Source: Spirochaetia bacterium
GTDB taxonomy: Bacteria > Spirochaetota > Spirochaetia > SZUA-6 > Bin103
Length of the DNA: 64,000 nucleotides
Reading direction: 5' to 3'
Assembly: GCA_965199955.1 (NCBI GenBank)
Contig: CBDATQ010000001.1
Location: forward strand, 896,001 to 960,000
The notes under the pieces are model-generated. The model saw only the letters and a list, made by a program, of their open reading frames with translations. It made no database searches and was not told where the DNA came from. The translations under genes and the position numbers were made by a program. This document shows, in pieces, positions 1-8,759 of the stretch. How positions within the stretch are numbered: position 1 is the stretch's first letter; each line of letters starts with the position of its first letter.

Positions 1-161
1 AGCGCGGCCACCTGCGCCTGCACGCGCGGCGGTTGGCGTTTCAGGCCGGCGCGCGCGGCCCGGAGGTCGAGCGAATCGCCGACCGCATTGCCCGCGCCGG
101 CACGGTCGACGGTGCCGCCGCTGCCGTGGCCCTCGCCGAGCTGCGCCGCGGCGAACCGTGA
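1..161 (+). CDS. mvaA: 3' end of class II HMG-CoA reductase (partial)
   Basis: Frame from nt 3 reads RGHLRLHARRLAFQAGARG...EP*, matching the class II HMGR C-terminal GIQRGHMxLHAR motif; TGA overlaps the mvaD ATG. Confidence 0.8.
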   Translation, partial: RGHLRLHARRLAFQAGARGPEVERIADRIARAGTVDGAAAAVALAELRRGEP

Positions 162-1129
162 TGGGACCGGACAAGGCGGGACTGGCCACCGCGGTCGCCC
201 ACCCGAACCTGGCGCTGGTCAAGTACTGGGGCAAGGCGGACGCGGAGCGCAACCTGCCGGCCACGCCCAGCCTGGGCGTCTCGCTCGCGGCGCTCCGCAG
301 CCGCGTGCAGGTGCGGCTCGACGGCGACGGCGACTCCGTGGACGTGGACGGCCGCCGCCTGCCCCTGGCCCGCTACCGGCCGTTCCTGGACGTGGTTCGC
401 GGCCGGTGCGGGATCCGCAACGGCTTTCGCATCCACGCGCACAACGACTTCCCGAGCGCGGCCGGCCTGGCCAGCTCGTCCTCCGGGTTCGCGGCGCTGG
501 CGGTAGCGTGCAGCGCGGCGTGCGGGGCGGAGCTCCCGGATGGCGAGCTCTCCGCGCTGGCGCGGGTGGGCTCGGCGTCGGCGGCGCGGGCCGTGTTCGG
601 CGGCTTCGTGTCGCTGCCGGCCGGCGCCGGGGCGGCGCGGCCGCTCGTCCCGGCGGAGGCGTGGCCGGAGTTGCGGGTGGTGGTCGCCGTGGTCACCGCG
701 GCCGCCAAGCCGATCGGCTCGCGCGAGGCGATGGAGCGGGTGCGGCGGACCTCGCCCGCGTATGCGGCCTGGGTGGCCGACAGTCCGGGGCTGTACCGGG
801 AAGCGGTGGCCGCGGTGCGGGACCGTGATCTGCCGCGGCTCGGCGTGGCGATGCGCAAGAGCTACTCCCGCATGTTCGCGACCATGCTCGCGGCCGATCC
901 GCCGATCCGCTACTGGCTGCCGGAGACGCTCGTGCTGCTCGCGGCGGTGGAGAAGCTGCGGGAGCAGGGCGTGGCCGCGTGGGAGACCATGGACGCGGGA
1001 CCGCAGGTCAAGGTGCTGTGCCTCGACGGCGACGCGCAGCGGGTGGCAGCGGCGCTGGCCGCGGCGTGTCCGGCTGCGCCGCCGCCGCTCGTGTCGGCGG
1101 TCGGGGCGGGAGTGGTCCGTGGCGGCTGA
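161..1129 (+). CDS. mvaD: diphosphomevalonate decarboxylase
   Basis: NLALVKYWGK, AGLASSSSG, ETMDAGPQV motifs. Confidence 0.95.
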   Translation: MGPDKAGLATAVAHPNLALVKYWGKADAERNLPATPSLGVSLAALRSRVQVRLDGDGDSVDVDGRRLPLARYRPFLDVVRGRCGIRNGFRIHAHNDFPSAAGLASSSSGFAALAVACSAACGAELPDGELSALARVGSASAARAVFGGFVSLPAGAGAARPLVPAEAWPELRVVVAVVTAAAKPIGSREAMERVRRTSPAYAAWVADSPGLYREAVAAVRDRDLPRLGVAMRKSYSRMFATMLAADPPIRYWLPETLVLLAAVEKLREQGVAAWETMDAGPQVKVLCLDGDAQRVAAALAAACPAAPPPLVSAVGAGVVRGG

Positions 1130-2084
1130 GGCATGGGTGTGCAGCGTACCCGGCAGCGTGCTGCTGCTGGGCGAGTACGCGGTGATGCAGCCCGGCGGAC
1201 TGGGGGTGGCGGCTGCGGTGGAGCCGCGCGTACACGCGCGCGTGCGCCCAGCGGCGGACGCGTTGCGCATCGAGGGAACCGACGGCGTCGACCGTTTCGC
1301 CTGGCGTGCCGGCGCGGGCGTCCTGCTGGATGCGGCGGTCGACGCGTGCGCGGCCGAGCTCGGCAGGGCGCCGGATCCGGCGCTGGTGGCGGTGGACTCC
1401 GGCGCACTGACCGGGGCCGGACGCAAGCTGGGCCTGGGGTCGAGCGCCGCGGTGGCGGTGGCAGTGACCCGCGTGCTGCTCGGCGGCCCTGGCGGCGGAG
1501 TGCCGCTCGACACGGTGTTCCGCACCGCCCTGAGGGCGCATCGCGCCGCGCAGGGAGGACGCGGCAGTGGCTACGACGTGGCCGTCTCCACCTACGGCGG
1601 AACGGGACTGTTCCACGGCGGCGAAGAGCCGCGCTTCGAGCCGCTTCCAGCCGCGCCCGCGGACCTGTTCCTGGTGCTGGGAGATCGGCCGCTGGCGACG
1701 CCGCCGGCGGTGTCCCGCTATCTGGCGTGGGCTCGCGAGCGGCCCATCGACTGCCGGCGCCATCGCCGGGTCTCCGATGCCATCGTCCGCCACGCGCTGC
1801 GTGCCGGGGGATGGGCCGAGGCGCTGCGCGCCGGCCGCCGGGTGACGCAGTGGCTGGGGGACCACATCGGCGTCCCGGTGGAGCCGGAAGAGCTCCGCGG
1901 GCGGCTGGACCACGTGGCCGCCGCCGGCCATGCCGGCAAACCTGCCGGTGCCGGCGGCGAGCTGGCGATCTGCGTCGCGGCGCCGGGATGCGTCGTGCCG
2001 GACCGGCCCTGGGTTCGGCCGCTCACCGTCAGTGCGGCTGGCGTCAGGGTCGCCGGTGCCGGGAGTGGCGGGCTCGGCGCATGA
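1119..2084 (+). CDS. mvaK2: phosphomevalonate kinase (GHMP family)
   Basis: PGSVLLLGEYAV, KLGLGSSAA, GSGYDVA, KPAGAGGE; GTG start overlapping the mvaD end. Confidence 0.85.
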   Translation: MAAEAWVCSVPGSVLLLGEYAVMQPGGLGVAAAVEPRVHARVRPAADALRIEGTDGVDRFAWRAGAGVLLDAAVDACAAELGRAPDPALVAVDSGALTGAGRKLGLGSSAAVAVAVTRVLLGGPGGGVPLDTVFRTALRAHRAAQGGRGSGYDVAVSTYGGTGLFHGGEEPRFEPLPAAPADLFLVLGDRPLATPPAVSRYLAWARERPIDCRRHRRVSDAIVRHALRAGGWAEALRAGRRVTQWLGDHIGVPVEPEELRGRLDHVAAAGHAGKPAGAGGELAICVAAPGCVVPDRPWVRPLTVSAAGVRVAGAGSGGLGA

Positions 2085-3052
2085 CCGGCGAGGCGGCCGG
2101 CAAGCTGCTGCTGTTCGGCGAGCACGCCGCGGTGTACGGCCGTCCGGCGGTCGGTCTGGGCGTGCCGTGGTCGCTGCGGCTCCGTTTCGTGCCGGTGCGC
2201 GAAGGGGACGAAACTGGTGCCGCGGCCAAGCGGCTTCGCGATGCCTGCCGCCGGATCGGCGTCGAAGCGCCGCCGGACGGCGCGCTGGAGGTGCGCTCGG
2301 AGATTCCCTTCGGGGTGGGACTGGGCTCCTCGGCGGCGCTCTGTGTGGCGCTGACTCGCGCCGTGGGCGGTGCGGCGGCCGCGTCGGGCGAGCGCGGGCT
2401 GTGGGACGTCGCGCACCGCGCCGAGCACGCCTTCCATGGCTCGCCGTCCGGGATCGACACCGGGCTGGCGCTGCTCGGCGGCGTGCAGCGGTTCACGCCG
2501 GCGGGGCCGGGAAGCGTGCCGGCCGCGCGGCCGATTGCCGTGCAGGGGACCCATCTGGTCGCCGGATTCGTGCCGCGGCGCGGCGACACCGCCGCCCACG
2601 TGGCGGCCGTCCGGCAACGAATGCAGGCCGGTGACACCGAGGTCCGCGCGGCGATCGACCGACTTGGTGCGATCGTCGAACCGGCGTGCCGGCTGCTCGG
2701 CGCGCCTGCCGCCGATCGGGCGGTGCGCCTGGGCGCGTTGGCCGACGAGGCCGGCGCGCTGCTGAACGACATCGGCGTGGGTTCGCCCGTGGTGGCCGAC
2801 CTGCTGGCGGCCGCGCGAGCGGCCGGTGCCACCGGCGGCAAGATCTCGGGAGGCGGGGGAGGCGGTGCCTTCGTGGCGTTCGTTCCGGAGCGCGCAACCG
2901 GCTTGGCGGTGCTGGATGCGGTGGCCGCACGCCTTCCCGCCGGCGCCGGCTCCGTGGCGTTGCTGGCGCTGGGTCCCGGCGGGGCTGCGATGCTGGCCTG
3001 CCGCGAGTGGCCCGCGCCGGTCACGCGGCGCGTCCGGGTCGTCCGGGTCTAA
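2081..3052 (+). CDS. mvk: mevalonate kinase
   Basis: GKLLLFGEHAAVYG, PFGVGLGSSAA, HGSPSGID, KISGGGGGG; ATGA overlap. Confidence 0.9.
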   Translation: MTGEAAGKLLLFGEHAAVYGRPAVGLGVPWSLRLRFVPVREGDETGAAAKRLRDACRRIGVEAPPDGALEVRSEIPFGVGLGSSAALCVALTRAVGGAAAASGERGLWDVAHRAEHAFHGSPSGIDTGLALLGGVQRFTPAGPGSVPAARPIAVQGTHLVAGFVPRRGDTAAHVAAVRQRMQAGDTEVRAAIDRLGAIVEPACRLLGAPAADRAVRLGALADEAGALLNDIGVGSPVVADLLAAARAAGATGGKISGGGGGGAFVAFVPERATGLAVLDAVAARLPAGAGSVALLALGPGGAAMLACREWPAPVTRRVRVVRV

Positions 3053-3100
3053 TCGAAGACTGAGCATTCTGGAGGATACGGGAGGCCGCCGCCCATGTCC

Positions 3101-3129
3101 TTGACGCGAGGCGAACCCACGCCTAGCCT
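3101..3129 (+). promoter_or_regulatory. sigma70-type promoter, probably leaderless, for DoxX gene
   Basis: TTGACG-N17-TAGCCT, 6 nt before ATG 3136; no SD. Confidence 0.6.
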
Positions 3130-3135
3130 TGCCGG

Positions 3136-3567
3136 ATGCCGCGCGGGGGCAGAGTGCACAACGCCGGCATGGTGTTGTTACGGCTCGGTACCGGCGTGGT
3201 ATTTCTGTGGTTCGGCGTCACCCAGCTCCGCGACCCGGACTTCGGCGCGGCCTACCTGCCAGAGTTCGTCTACGCGATCGGCGAGCAGCTCGGCATCATC
3301 GACTTCGACCGCCTGTTCACGGTCATCCACGGCGCTGTCGAGGTGGCGCTCGGCAGCGCGTTGATCGTCGGCCTGTTCACGCGGGCGGCGGCGCTGCTGC
3401 TGGCCGTGCAGCTTGCCGTGATCGTCGTCACCCTCTACACGCTGGGGTTGCCGGCGATCGCGATCCGGGATTTCGGGGTGATGATCGCCACGCTGGTGGT
3501 GGCCATGAACGGCCCGGACCGCATGTCGGCCGACGGCTGGGGCAGGGGCAGGAGCCGCGGCGGATAG
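3136..3567 (+). CDS. DoxX family membrane protein
   Basis: LLRLGTGVVFLWFG, EVALGSALIVGLFTR, IRDFG; four hydrophobic segments. Confidence 0.8.
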   Translation: MPRGGRVHNAGMVLLRLGTGVVFLWFGVTQLRDPDFGAAYLPEFVYAIGEQLGIIDFDRLFTVIHGAVEVALGSALIVGLFTRAAALLLAVQLAVIVVTLYTLGLPAIAIRDFGVMIATLVVAMNGPDRMSADGWGRGRSRGG

Positions 3568-3579
3568 GGCGCGGCACGC

Positions 3580-3969
3580 TCAAGGACTGGCGCCTTCGAT
3601 GACGAGGCGCCGCTGGTTGCCGCCGTCGGCGTCCATCACGTAGAGAGCCATCGCGCCGTCGCGGTTCGAGGTGAACACGATCGCGGAGCCGTCCGGCGAC
3701 CAGCTCGGAAAGAAGTCCCGCTCGTCGTTGTCGGTCAGCGCGCGCATGCCGGTGCCGTCGGCGTTGACCACGTAGATCTCCAGGTCGCCGTCGCGATCGT
3801 CGGCGAACAGGACTTTCGATCCGTCCGGAGAAAACGAGGGATCAAAGGATCCCTGCGGCTGCTGGGCGACGGCCTGGGGGTTGGAAAAGCGCGGAAAGCA
3901 GCCGGTCAGGACCAGCGCGCCCCCGAGCACGATCAGCGCGGCGCGCAGAACGGACATCGGCTTCATCAC
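3580..3969 (-). CDS. short lipoprotein with TolB-like PD40 repeats
   Basis: Lipobox LTGC; PSFSPDGSKVLF and PSWSPDGSAIVFTSNRDG repeats; only about two blades. Confidence 0.75.
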   Translation of the reverse strand: MMKPMSVLRAALIVLGGALVLTGCFPRFSNPQAVAQQPQGSFDPSFSPDGSKVLFADDRDGDLEIYVVNADGTGMRALTDNDERDFFPSWSPDGSAIVFTSNRDGAMALYVMDADGGNQRRLVIEGASP

Positions 3970-4022
3970 GGCGCAGGCAGGCTACACCGCCGCCGGCCGG
4001 CATGCCAGACTGCCCGGTCGAA

Positions 4023-4051
4023 TTGACGACGCTGCCGGCGGAACCTACGCT
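4023..4051 (+). promoter_or_regulatory. sigma70-type promoter, probably leaderless, for antiporter operon
   Basis: TTGACG-N17-TACGCT, 7 nt before GTG 4059; no SD. Confidence 0.6.
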
Positions 4052-4058
4052 TTGAGCC

Positions 4059-5315
4059 GTGCAGTGGCTCGCAACGGCGGTCGAGCGAGTCGCGGCCGTC
4101 GCCGACGCCAGCCCGGTCCTCAGCCTGGGCATGCTCCTGTTGTGCGGCTACTTCGCCGGCCGGCTGGCCGGCCTCATCGGATTGCCGGCCATCACCGGCT
4201 ACATCGTTGCCGGCCTTGCGCTGGGAGACTCTGTCACGGGTCTTGTCACCTACCATGCGACCGCGCGGCTGCAGCCGGTCACGGAGGTGGCGCTGGCCTT
4301 CATCGCCATCACGATCGGCGGCGAGTTTCAGCTTTCCAAGCTGCGCCGGTCCGGCGCCAAGATCCTGGTGATCACCGTGCTGGAGGCGTTCCTGGCGTTC
4401 CTGGTAGTCAGCACCGTGCTCAGGGTTCTGGGGCTGGAGTCCTGGTTCGCCCTGCTGCTGGGCGGTATCGCGGCGGCCACGGCGCCGGCGGCGACGGTCG
4501 TCATCGTCCGCGAGCTGAAGGTGCACGGCGAGTTCGTGGACTACCTGTACGGCGTCGTCGCCTTCGACGACGCCATCGCCGTCCTGCTGTTCAGCCTCAT
4601 CCTGGCGCTGGTCACCCCGCTCCTGGGCGCGGCCGGAGCGGACCACGGCGGCGTCCTGCGCGCCGCCGCGGAGGCCGGGTCGGAGATCGGGCTCTCGGTG
4701 CTGCTCGGCGCCGTGGGCGCCGTGATCCTGCACGCGATCGCCCGCAGCGCAGCGTCCGACGGCGCGCGCATGGTGATCACCGTGGCGGTGGTGTTCATCG
4801 TCACCGCCGGCGCCCTCGCCCTGCACCTGTCGCCGTTGCTCGCGAACATGATGTTCGGGGCGGTGCTGATCAATCTGAGCCCGTCCAACCGGCAGCTCTT
4901 CATGGTGCTGGAACCGGTGACGCCGCCGATCTTCGCCCTGTTCTTCATCCTGGCCGGCGCCGAGCTGCAACTCTCGGTGTTCACGGAGCTGATCATCGTC
5001 GGCTACGGCTTCGTCTACCTGGCGACCCGCTTCGCCGGCAAGATGGTAGGGTCGTACCTCGGCGCGCGCGTGATGAGCGCGCCGGCGGGTGTGCGCCGCT
5101 ACCTTGGCTTCTGCCTGTTTCCGCAGGCGGGCGTGGCGATCGGCCTGGCACTGTTCCTGCAGGGCGCGAGCGTGGTGGCGACGGCTGCGGAGGATATTCA
5201 GCGTCTGGTGACGCAGTTGGTCAACATCGTGCTCCTGAGCGTGTTCATCAACGAGCTGATCGGCCCGTTGATCTCGCGCTACGGCGTGACCCGCGGCGTT
5301 GCAGCGCAGCGCTAG
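4059..5315 (+). CDS. cation:proton antiporter (Na+/H+ exchanger family)
   Basis: About 12 TM segments; LPAITGYIVAG, ATAPAAT, VAFDD, FFILAGAEL, PQAGVAIGLA. Confidence 0.9.
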   Translation: MQWLATAVERVAAVADASPVLSLGMLLLCGYFAGRLAGLIGLPAITGYIVAGLALGDSVTGLVTYHATARLQPVTEVALAFIAITIGGEFQLSKLRRSGAKILVITVLEAFLAFLVVSTVLRVLGLESWFALLLGGIAAATAPAATVVIVRELKVHGEFVDYLYGVVAFDDAIAVLLFSLILALVTPLLGAAGADHGGVLRAAAEAGSEIGLSVLLGAVGAVILHAIARSAASDGARMVITVAVVFIVTAGALALHLSPLLANMMFGAVLINLSPSNRQLFMVLEPVTPPIFALFFILAGAELQLSVFTELIIVGYGFVYLATRFAGKMVGSYLGARVMSAPAGVRRYLGFCLFPQAGVAIGLALFLQGASVVATAAEDIQRLVTQLVNIVLLSVFINELIGPLISRYGVTRGVAAQR

Positions 5316-5344
5316 GAGTGGTAACGATGGAGGAGAGGTAGATC

Positions 5345-6172
5345 GTGGAGCTACGCGAGATCATCGACGCGCGCGCCTGCACCGTGGCGCTCAGCGCGAC
5401 CGCCAAGGAGCAGTGCATGCGCGAGCTGGCGGAGCTGATCAGCGCCGGCCTGGAGGGAGTCACCGCGGACGAGCTGCACCGGGCGCTGGTGGAGCGCGAG
5501 GAGGCGGGGTCGACCGGGTTCGAGGACGGCGTCGCCATGCCGCATGCGCGGCTGCCGCAGGTGTCGCGGTTCGTGTTCGGCATCGCCGTGTCCAAGCGCG
5601 GCATCGACTACGACAGCGTCGACGGCAAGCGCACGAGGCTGTTCTTCGTGCTGGTCGGACCGGACGAGGATCCGCAGCAGTACCTGCAGCTCCTGGCGCA
5701 GATCTCCCGGACCGGCCTCAGCCGGCGGCTGCACGAGGAGCTGCTGGCCGCGCCGACCCGCCAGCAACTCGCTGACGCGTTCGCGGCGCACCTGGAACCG
5801 GCCGTGGCGCGCGCTGCCGCCGGCACCTCACGCATTGGCGACCGGTTGCTGTTCGTGGTGGTATACGAGCAGCGCTACTTCGATGACATCGTCACGCTGT
5901 TCTTGGAGCGCGGCATCCGCGGCGCCGCGGTGTTCGACACTGAGGGCATCCGCGGGCATCTTACCAGCGTGCCGATCTTCGGCGACTTCCTGAATTTCCT
6001 TGGCGAGAAGAGCGATATGAGCAGGACCATCATGGCCGTCGTGCCGGCGGGCGAGTTCGACCGGCTGATCGCCGGCATCGAGGAGATCACCGGCGACCTC
6101 GACTCCCATGCGGACGCGGCGATCCTGGCGATCGACCTTGCGTTCAGCAAGGGCTCACTGGAGCGCGCCTGA
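5345..6172 (+). CDS. PTS EIIA (Fru/Ntr-type) domain fused to C-terminal PII-like domain
   Basis: ERE..GSTGFEDGVAMPHAR with phospho-His; C-terminal about 105 aa with GlnB-like pattern (LLFVVV...GIRGAAVFDTEG...TIMAVV...EEITGDL). Confidence 0.8.
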   Translation: MELREIIDARACTVALSATAKEQCMRELAELISAGLEGVTADELHRALVEREEAGSTGFEDGVAMPHARLPQVSRFVFGIAVSKRGIDYDSVDGKRTRLFFVLVGPDEDPQQYLQLLAQISRTGLSRRLHEELLAAPTRQQLADAFAAHLEPAVARAAAGTSRIGDRLLFVVVYEQRYFDDIVTLFLERGIRGAAVFDTEGIRGHLTSVPIFGDFLNFLGEKSDMSRTIMAVVPAGEFDRLIAGIEEITGDLDSHADAAILAIDLAFSKGSLERA

Positions 6173-7425
6173 TGGCCGTCCCGGTTCGCCCGCCGCTGGC
6201 GCAGCCCGGCGAGACCCGCACCATCATCGCCTGGACCAGGGAGATCGGTGATCCGGTGAGCTCCGGCGAGACGATCTGCGAGGTGGAGACCGACAAGGCC
6301 ACGGTCGAGATCGAATCGCAAGCCGACGGCGTGCTGGTCGCGAAGCTGTTCGACGTCGGGGAGGAGATCACGGAGGACGGACCGATCGCGATGGTCGGCA
6401 CGGCCGAAGAGATCGGGAGCACGGAGGCCGGCGTGGCCGACGCCGACACCAAGCCGGCTGACGCAGCGCCGCCGGCACCGGCCGAACCCGCCGCACCCGC
6501 CGCTCCGGCGCCCACTCCCGCTGCGCCCACGGCGGCGGACGCGCCGCGGCGCCTGGCGGTCTCGCCACGGGCGCGCAAGCGGGCCGCCGAGCTGTCGGTG
6601 ACGCCGACCGGCCTGACCGGCACCGGCCCCGGCGGCCGCATCATCGAGCGCGACGTGCTGGCAGCCGCCGCCGCGGCACCGGCTGCCGCTCCGGCGCAAC
6701 CTCCCGTCCCGACTCCTGCGCCGTCCGCGGCCGATCAGGTGATCCCGGTGCGCGGCGCCCGCCGCCTGGTCGCCGAGCGCATGCACGCCTCGCTGCGCGA
6801 CACGGCGCAGCTCACCATGACCTCCTACGCGGACGCCACGCGGCTCCTGCAGCTCCGCGCTGCCTTCAAGACCGCCGATCCGCAGTTCGAGATGAGCGAC
6901 GTGACCCTCAACGACCTGCTGCTGTTCGCGGTGGCCAGGACCCTCACCGAGCACCCGGAGCTCAATGCGACCTGCCGCTACGGCGAAGGCGGGTTGGAGA
7001 TCCTGCGCTCGGCCGCCGTTCACCTGGCGTTCGCGGTCGACACGCCGCGCGTGTTGATGGTGCCGGTGATCCGCGACGCCGCCGGCCTGCGGGTCCGCGA
7101 GCTGTCGGCCAGCGCCGCAGACTTGGCGGAGCGCTGCCGCGAAGGGTCGATCACGCCGGCGGAGCTGTCCGGCGGCACCTTCACCGTGAGCAACCTGGGC
7201 AGCTTCGGTGTGGAGTCGTTCACGCCGATCCTGAATCCGCCGCAGGCCGCCATCCTGGGCGTCGGCGCGGTGACCTGGCGGCCGATCGGGGAGCAGGAGG
7301 TCCAGCAGCAGATCGCGCTGTCGCTGACGATCGACCACCGGCTGATCGACGGCGCGCCAGCGGCGCGGTTCCTGCAGACCCTGTGCGCCCGCATCGCCGA
7401 GCTGGACGTGCTGCTCGCCCTGTGA
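6172..7425 (+). CDS. dihydrolipoamide acyltransferase (E2)
   Basis: Lipoyl ETDKA, Ala/Pro linker, SPRARKRA/GTGPGGRI E3-binding domain, catalytic DHRLIDG. Confidence 0.92.
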   Translation: MAVPVRPPLAQPGETRTIIAWTREIGDPVSSGETICEVETDKATVEIESQADGVLVAKLFDVGEEITEDGPIAMVGTAEEIGSTEAGVADADTKPADAAPPAPAEPAAPAAPAPTPAAPTAADAPRRLAVSPRARKRAAELSVTPTGLTGTGPGGRIIERDVLAAAAAAPAAAPAQPPVPTPAPSAADQVIPVRGARRLVAERMHASLRDTAQLTMTSYADATRLLQLRAAFKTADPQFEMSDVTLNDLLLFAVARTLTEHPELNATCRYGEGGLEILRSAAVHLAFAVDTPRVLMVPVIRDAAGLRVRELSASAADLAERCREGSITPAELSGGTFTVSNLGSFGVESFTPILNPPQAAILGVGAVTWRPIGEQEVQQQIALSLTIDHRLIDGAPAARFLQTLCARIAELDVLLAL

Positions 7426-7435
7426 GTCCCGGCCC

Positions 7436-8359
7436 TTGAGTGGCGGTCAGGCAATCCTCGCTCTGATCGGAAACACGCCGCTGGCTCCCATCCGCCACGG
7501 CATTCCGGGCGTGGAGGTGTACGCCAAGCTCGAGTACTACAACCCCACCGGCTCGGTGAAGGACCGCGCGGTCAAGGGAATGATCGAGCAGGCGCTCGCG
7601 TGTGACCGGCTGGCCGGCCGCACCCTGATCGAGGCGACCAGCGGCAACACCGGCATCGCCCTGGCCGCGATCGGCGCCGCGCTGCGGCTCGGGGTGCACA
7701 TCCTCATGCCGGCCAACGCCTCGCCCGAGCGCAAGCGGCTGCTGGCGACACTGGGCGCGGAGGTCACCTACACCGACCCGCTGGAGGGAACGGACGGCGC
7801 GCAGGCAGAGGCGCGGCGGCGCGTGGAGGCCGAACCGGAGCGCTACTACTACCCCGACCAGTATGCCAACCCCGCCAACTGGCAGGCGCATTACCGCGGC
7901 ACGGGCCCGGAGATCTGGGAGCAGACCCGCCGGCGCGTCACCCACTTCGTCGCCGGGCTCGGCACCTCCGGCACCTTCATCGGGACCTCCCGCTTCCTGC
8001 AGGACAAGGGGGTGCGATGCGTCGCCGTGCAGCCCGACACGCCGCTGCACGGCCTGGAGGGCTGGAAGCACATGCCCACCGTCGCGCACGTTCCGGCCAT
8101 CTACGACGCCGAGATCTGCGCAGACCCGATCGAGGTCTCCACGCCGGAGGCGTACCGCATGGCGGTCGCGGCGGGGCGCTACCTGGGCCTCCCGCTCAGT
8201 CCCTCGTCGGCCGCCAACCTGGCGGCTGCCCTGCGCGCCGCGCGCGAGGCCGGCCCGGGCGCGGTGGTGGTGACGGTGTTCCCGGACAACTCGCTCAAGT
8301 ACCTGGCCGACGACTTCTGGGGGCAGCATGACGACGATCTCGAAGACCCTTTCGCGTGA
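7436..8359 (+). CDS. cysM: PLP-dependent cysteine synthase (CysM-type)
   Basis: IGNTPL, KLEYYNPTGSVKDR, EATSGNTG, GLGTSGT; next to mec and Ubl genes. Confidence 0.9.
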   Translation: MSGGQAILALIGNTPLAPIRHGIPGVEVYAKLEYYNPTGSVKDRAVKGMIEQALACDRLAGRTLIEATSGNTGIALAAIGAALRLGVHILMPANASPERKRLLATLGAEVTYTDPLEGTDGAQAEARRRVEAEPERYYYPDQYANPANWQAHYRGTGPEIWEQTRRRVTHFVAGLGTSGTFIGTSRFLQDKGVRCVAVQPDTPLHGLEGWKHMPTVAHVPAIYDAEICADPIEVSTPEAYRMAVAAGRYLGLPLSPSSAANLAAALRAAREAGPGAVVVTVFPDNSLKYLADDFWGQHDDDLEDPFA

Positions 8360-8756
8360 CATGGAGCGCGCCGGCGAGCGCGCCTATCCGTACGAGTGCG
8401 TCGGGGCGCTGTTTGGCACGCGTCCGCCGTCCGGACCGGTCATCACCGAGGTCAGGCCGCTCGACAACGACTCCGAGGAGGACCGGCGCCGCCGCTTCCA
8501 CGTCTCCGACCGCGACTACCTGGCCTGCGAGCGCCACGCCACCGGGGCCGGCCTGGAGCTGCTCGGCTTCTACCACTCGCACCCCGACCATCCGGCCGAG
8601 CCGTCCGGCACCGACCTGAGCTATGCGATGCCGCTGTTCTTGTATATCATTATCTCTATACAGAGGGCGGAATACCGCGGCCAGACAGGCTGCTTCGTGC
8701 TGAACGACGACGGCAGTTCCTTTCGCCGCGAGCCGATACGCGTCCTCGGGGATTGA
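8328..8756 (+). CDS. JAB/MPN+ (M67) metallopeptidase, Mec-like
   Basis: YPYECVG Glu and GFYHSHPDHPAEPSGTD JAMM motif. Confidence 0.92.
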   Translation: MTTISKTLSRDMERAGERAYPYECVGALFGTRPPSGPVITEVRPLDNDSEEDRRRRFHVSDRDYLACERHATGAGLELLGFYHSHPDHPAEPSGTDLSYAMPLFLYIIISIQRAEYRGQTGCFVLNDDGSSFRREPIRVLGD

Positions 8757-8759
8757 TCC

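Noticed and set aside
540..1118. N-terminal extension of the 540-2084 ORF (likewise 1133-2080 and 11078-11725)
   Set aside because: Overlaps the upstream real gene in another frame; family similarity starts only at 1119, 2081 and 11726.
6440..6730. Ala/Pro-rich GCC/CCG repeats in E2
   Set aside because: Normal flexible linkers of dihydrolipoamide acyltransferases.
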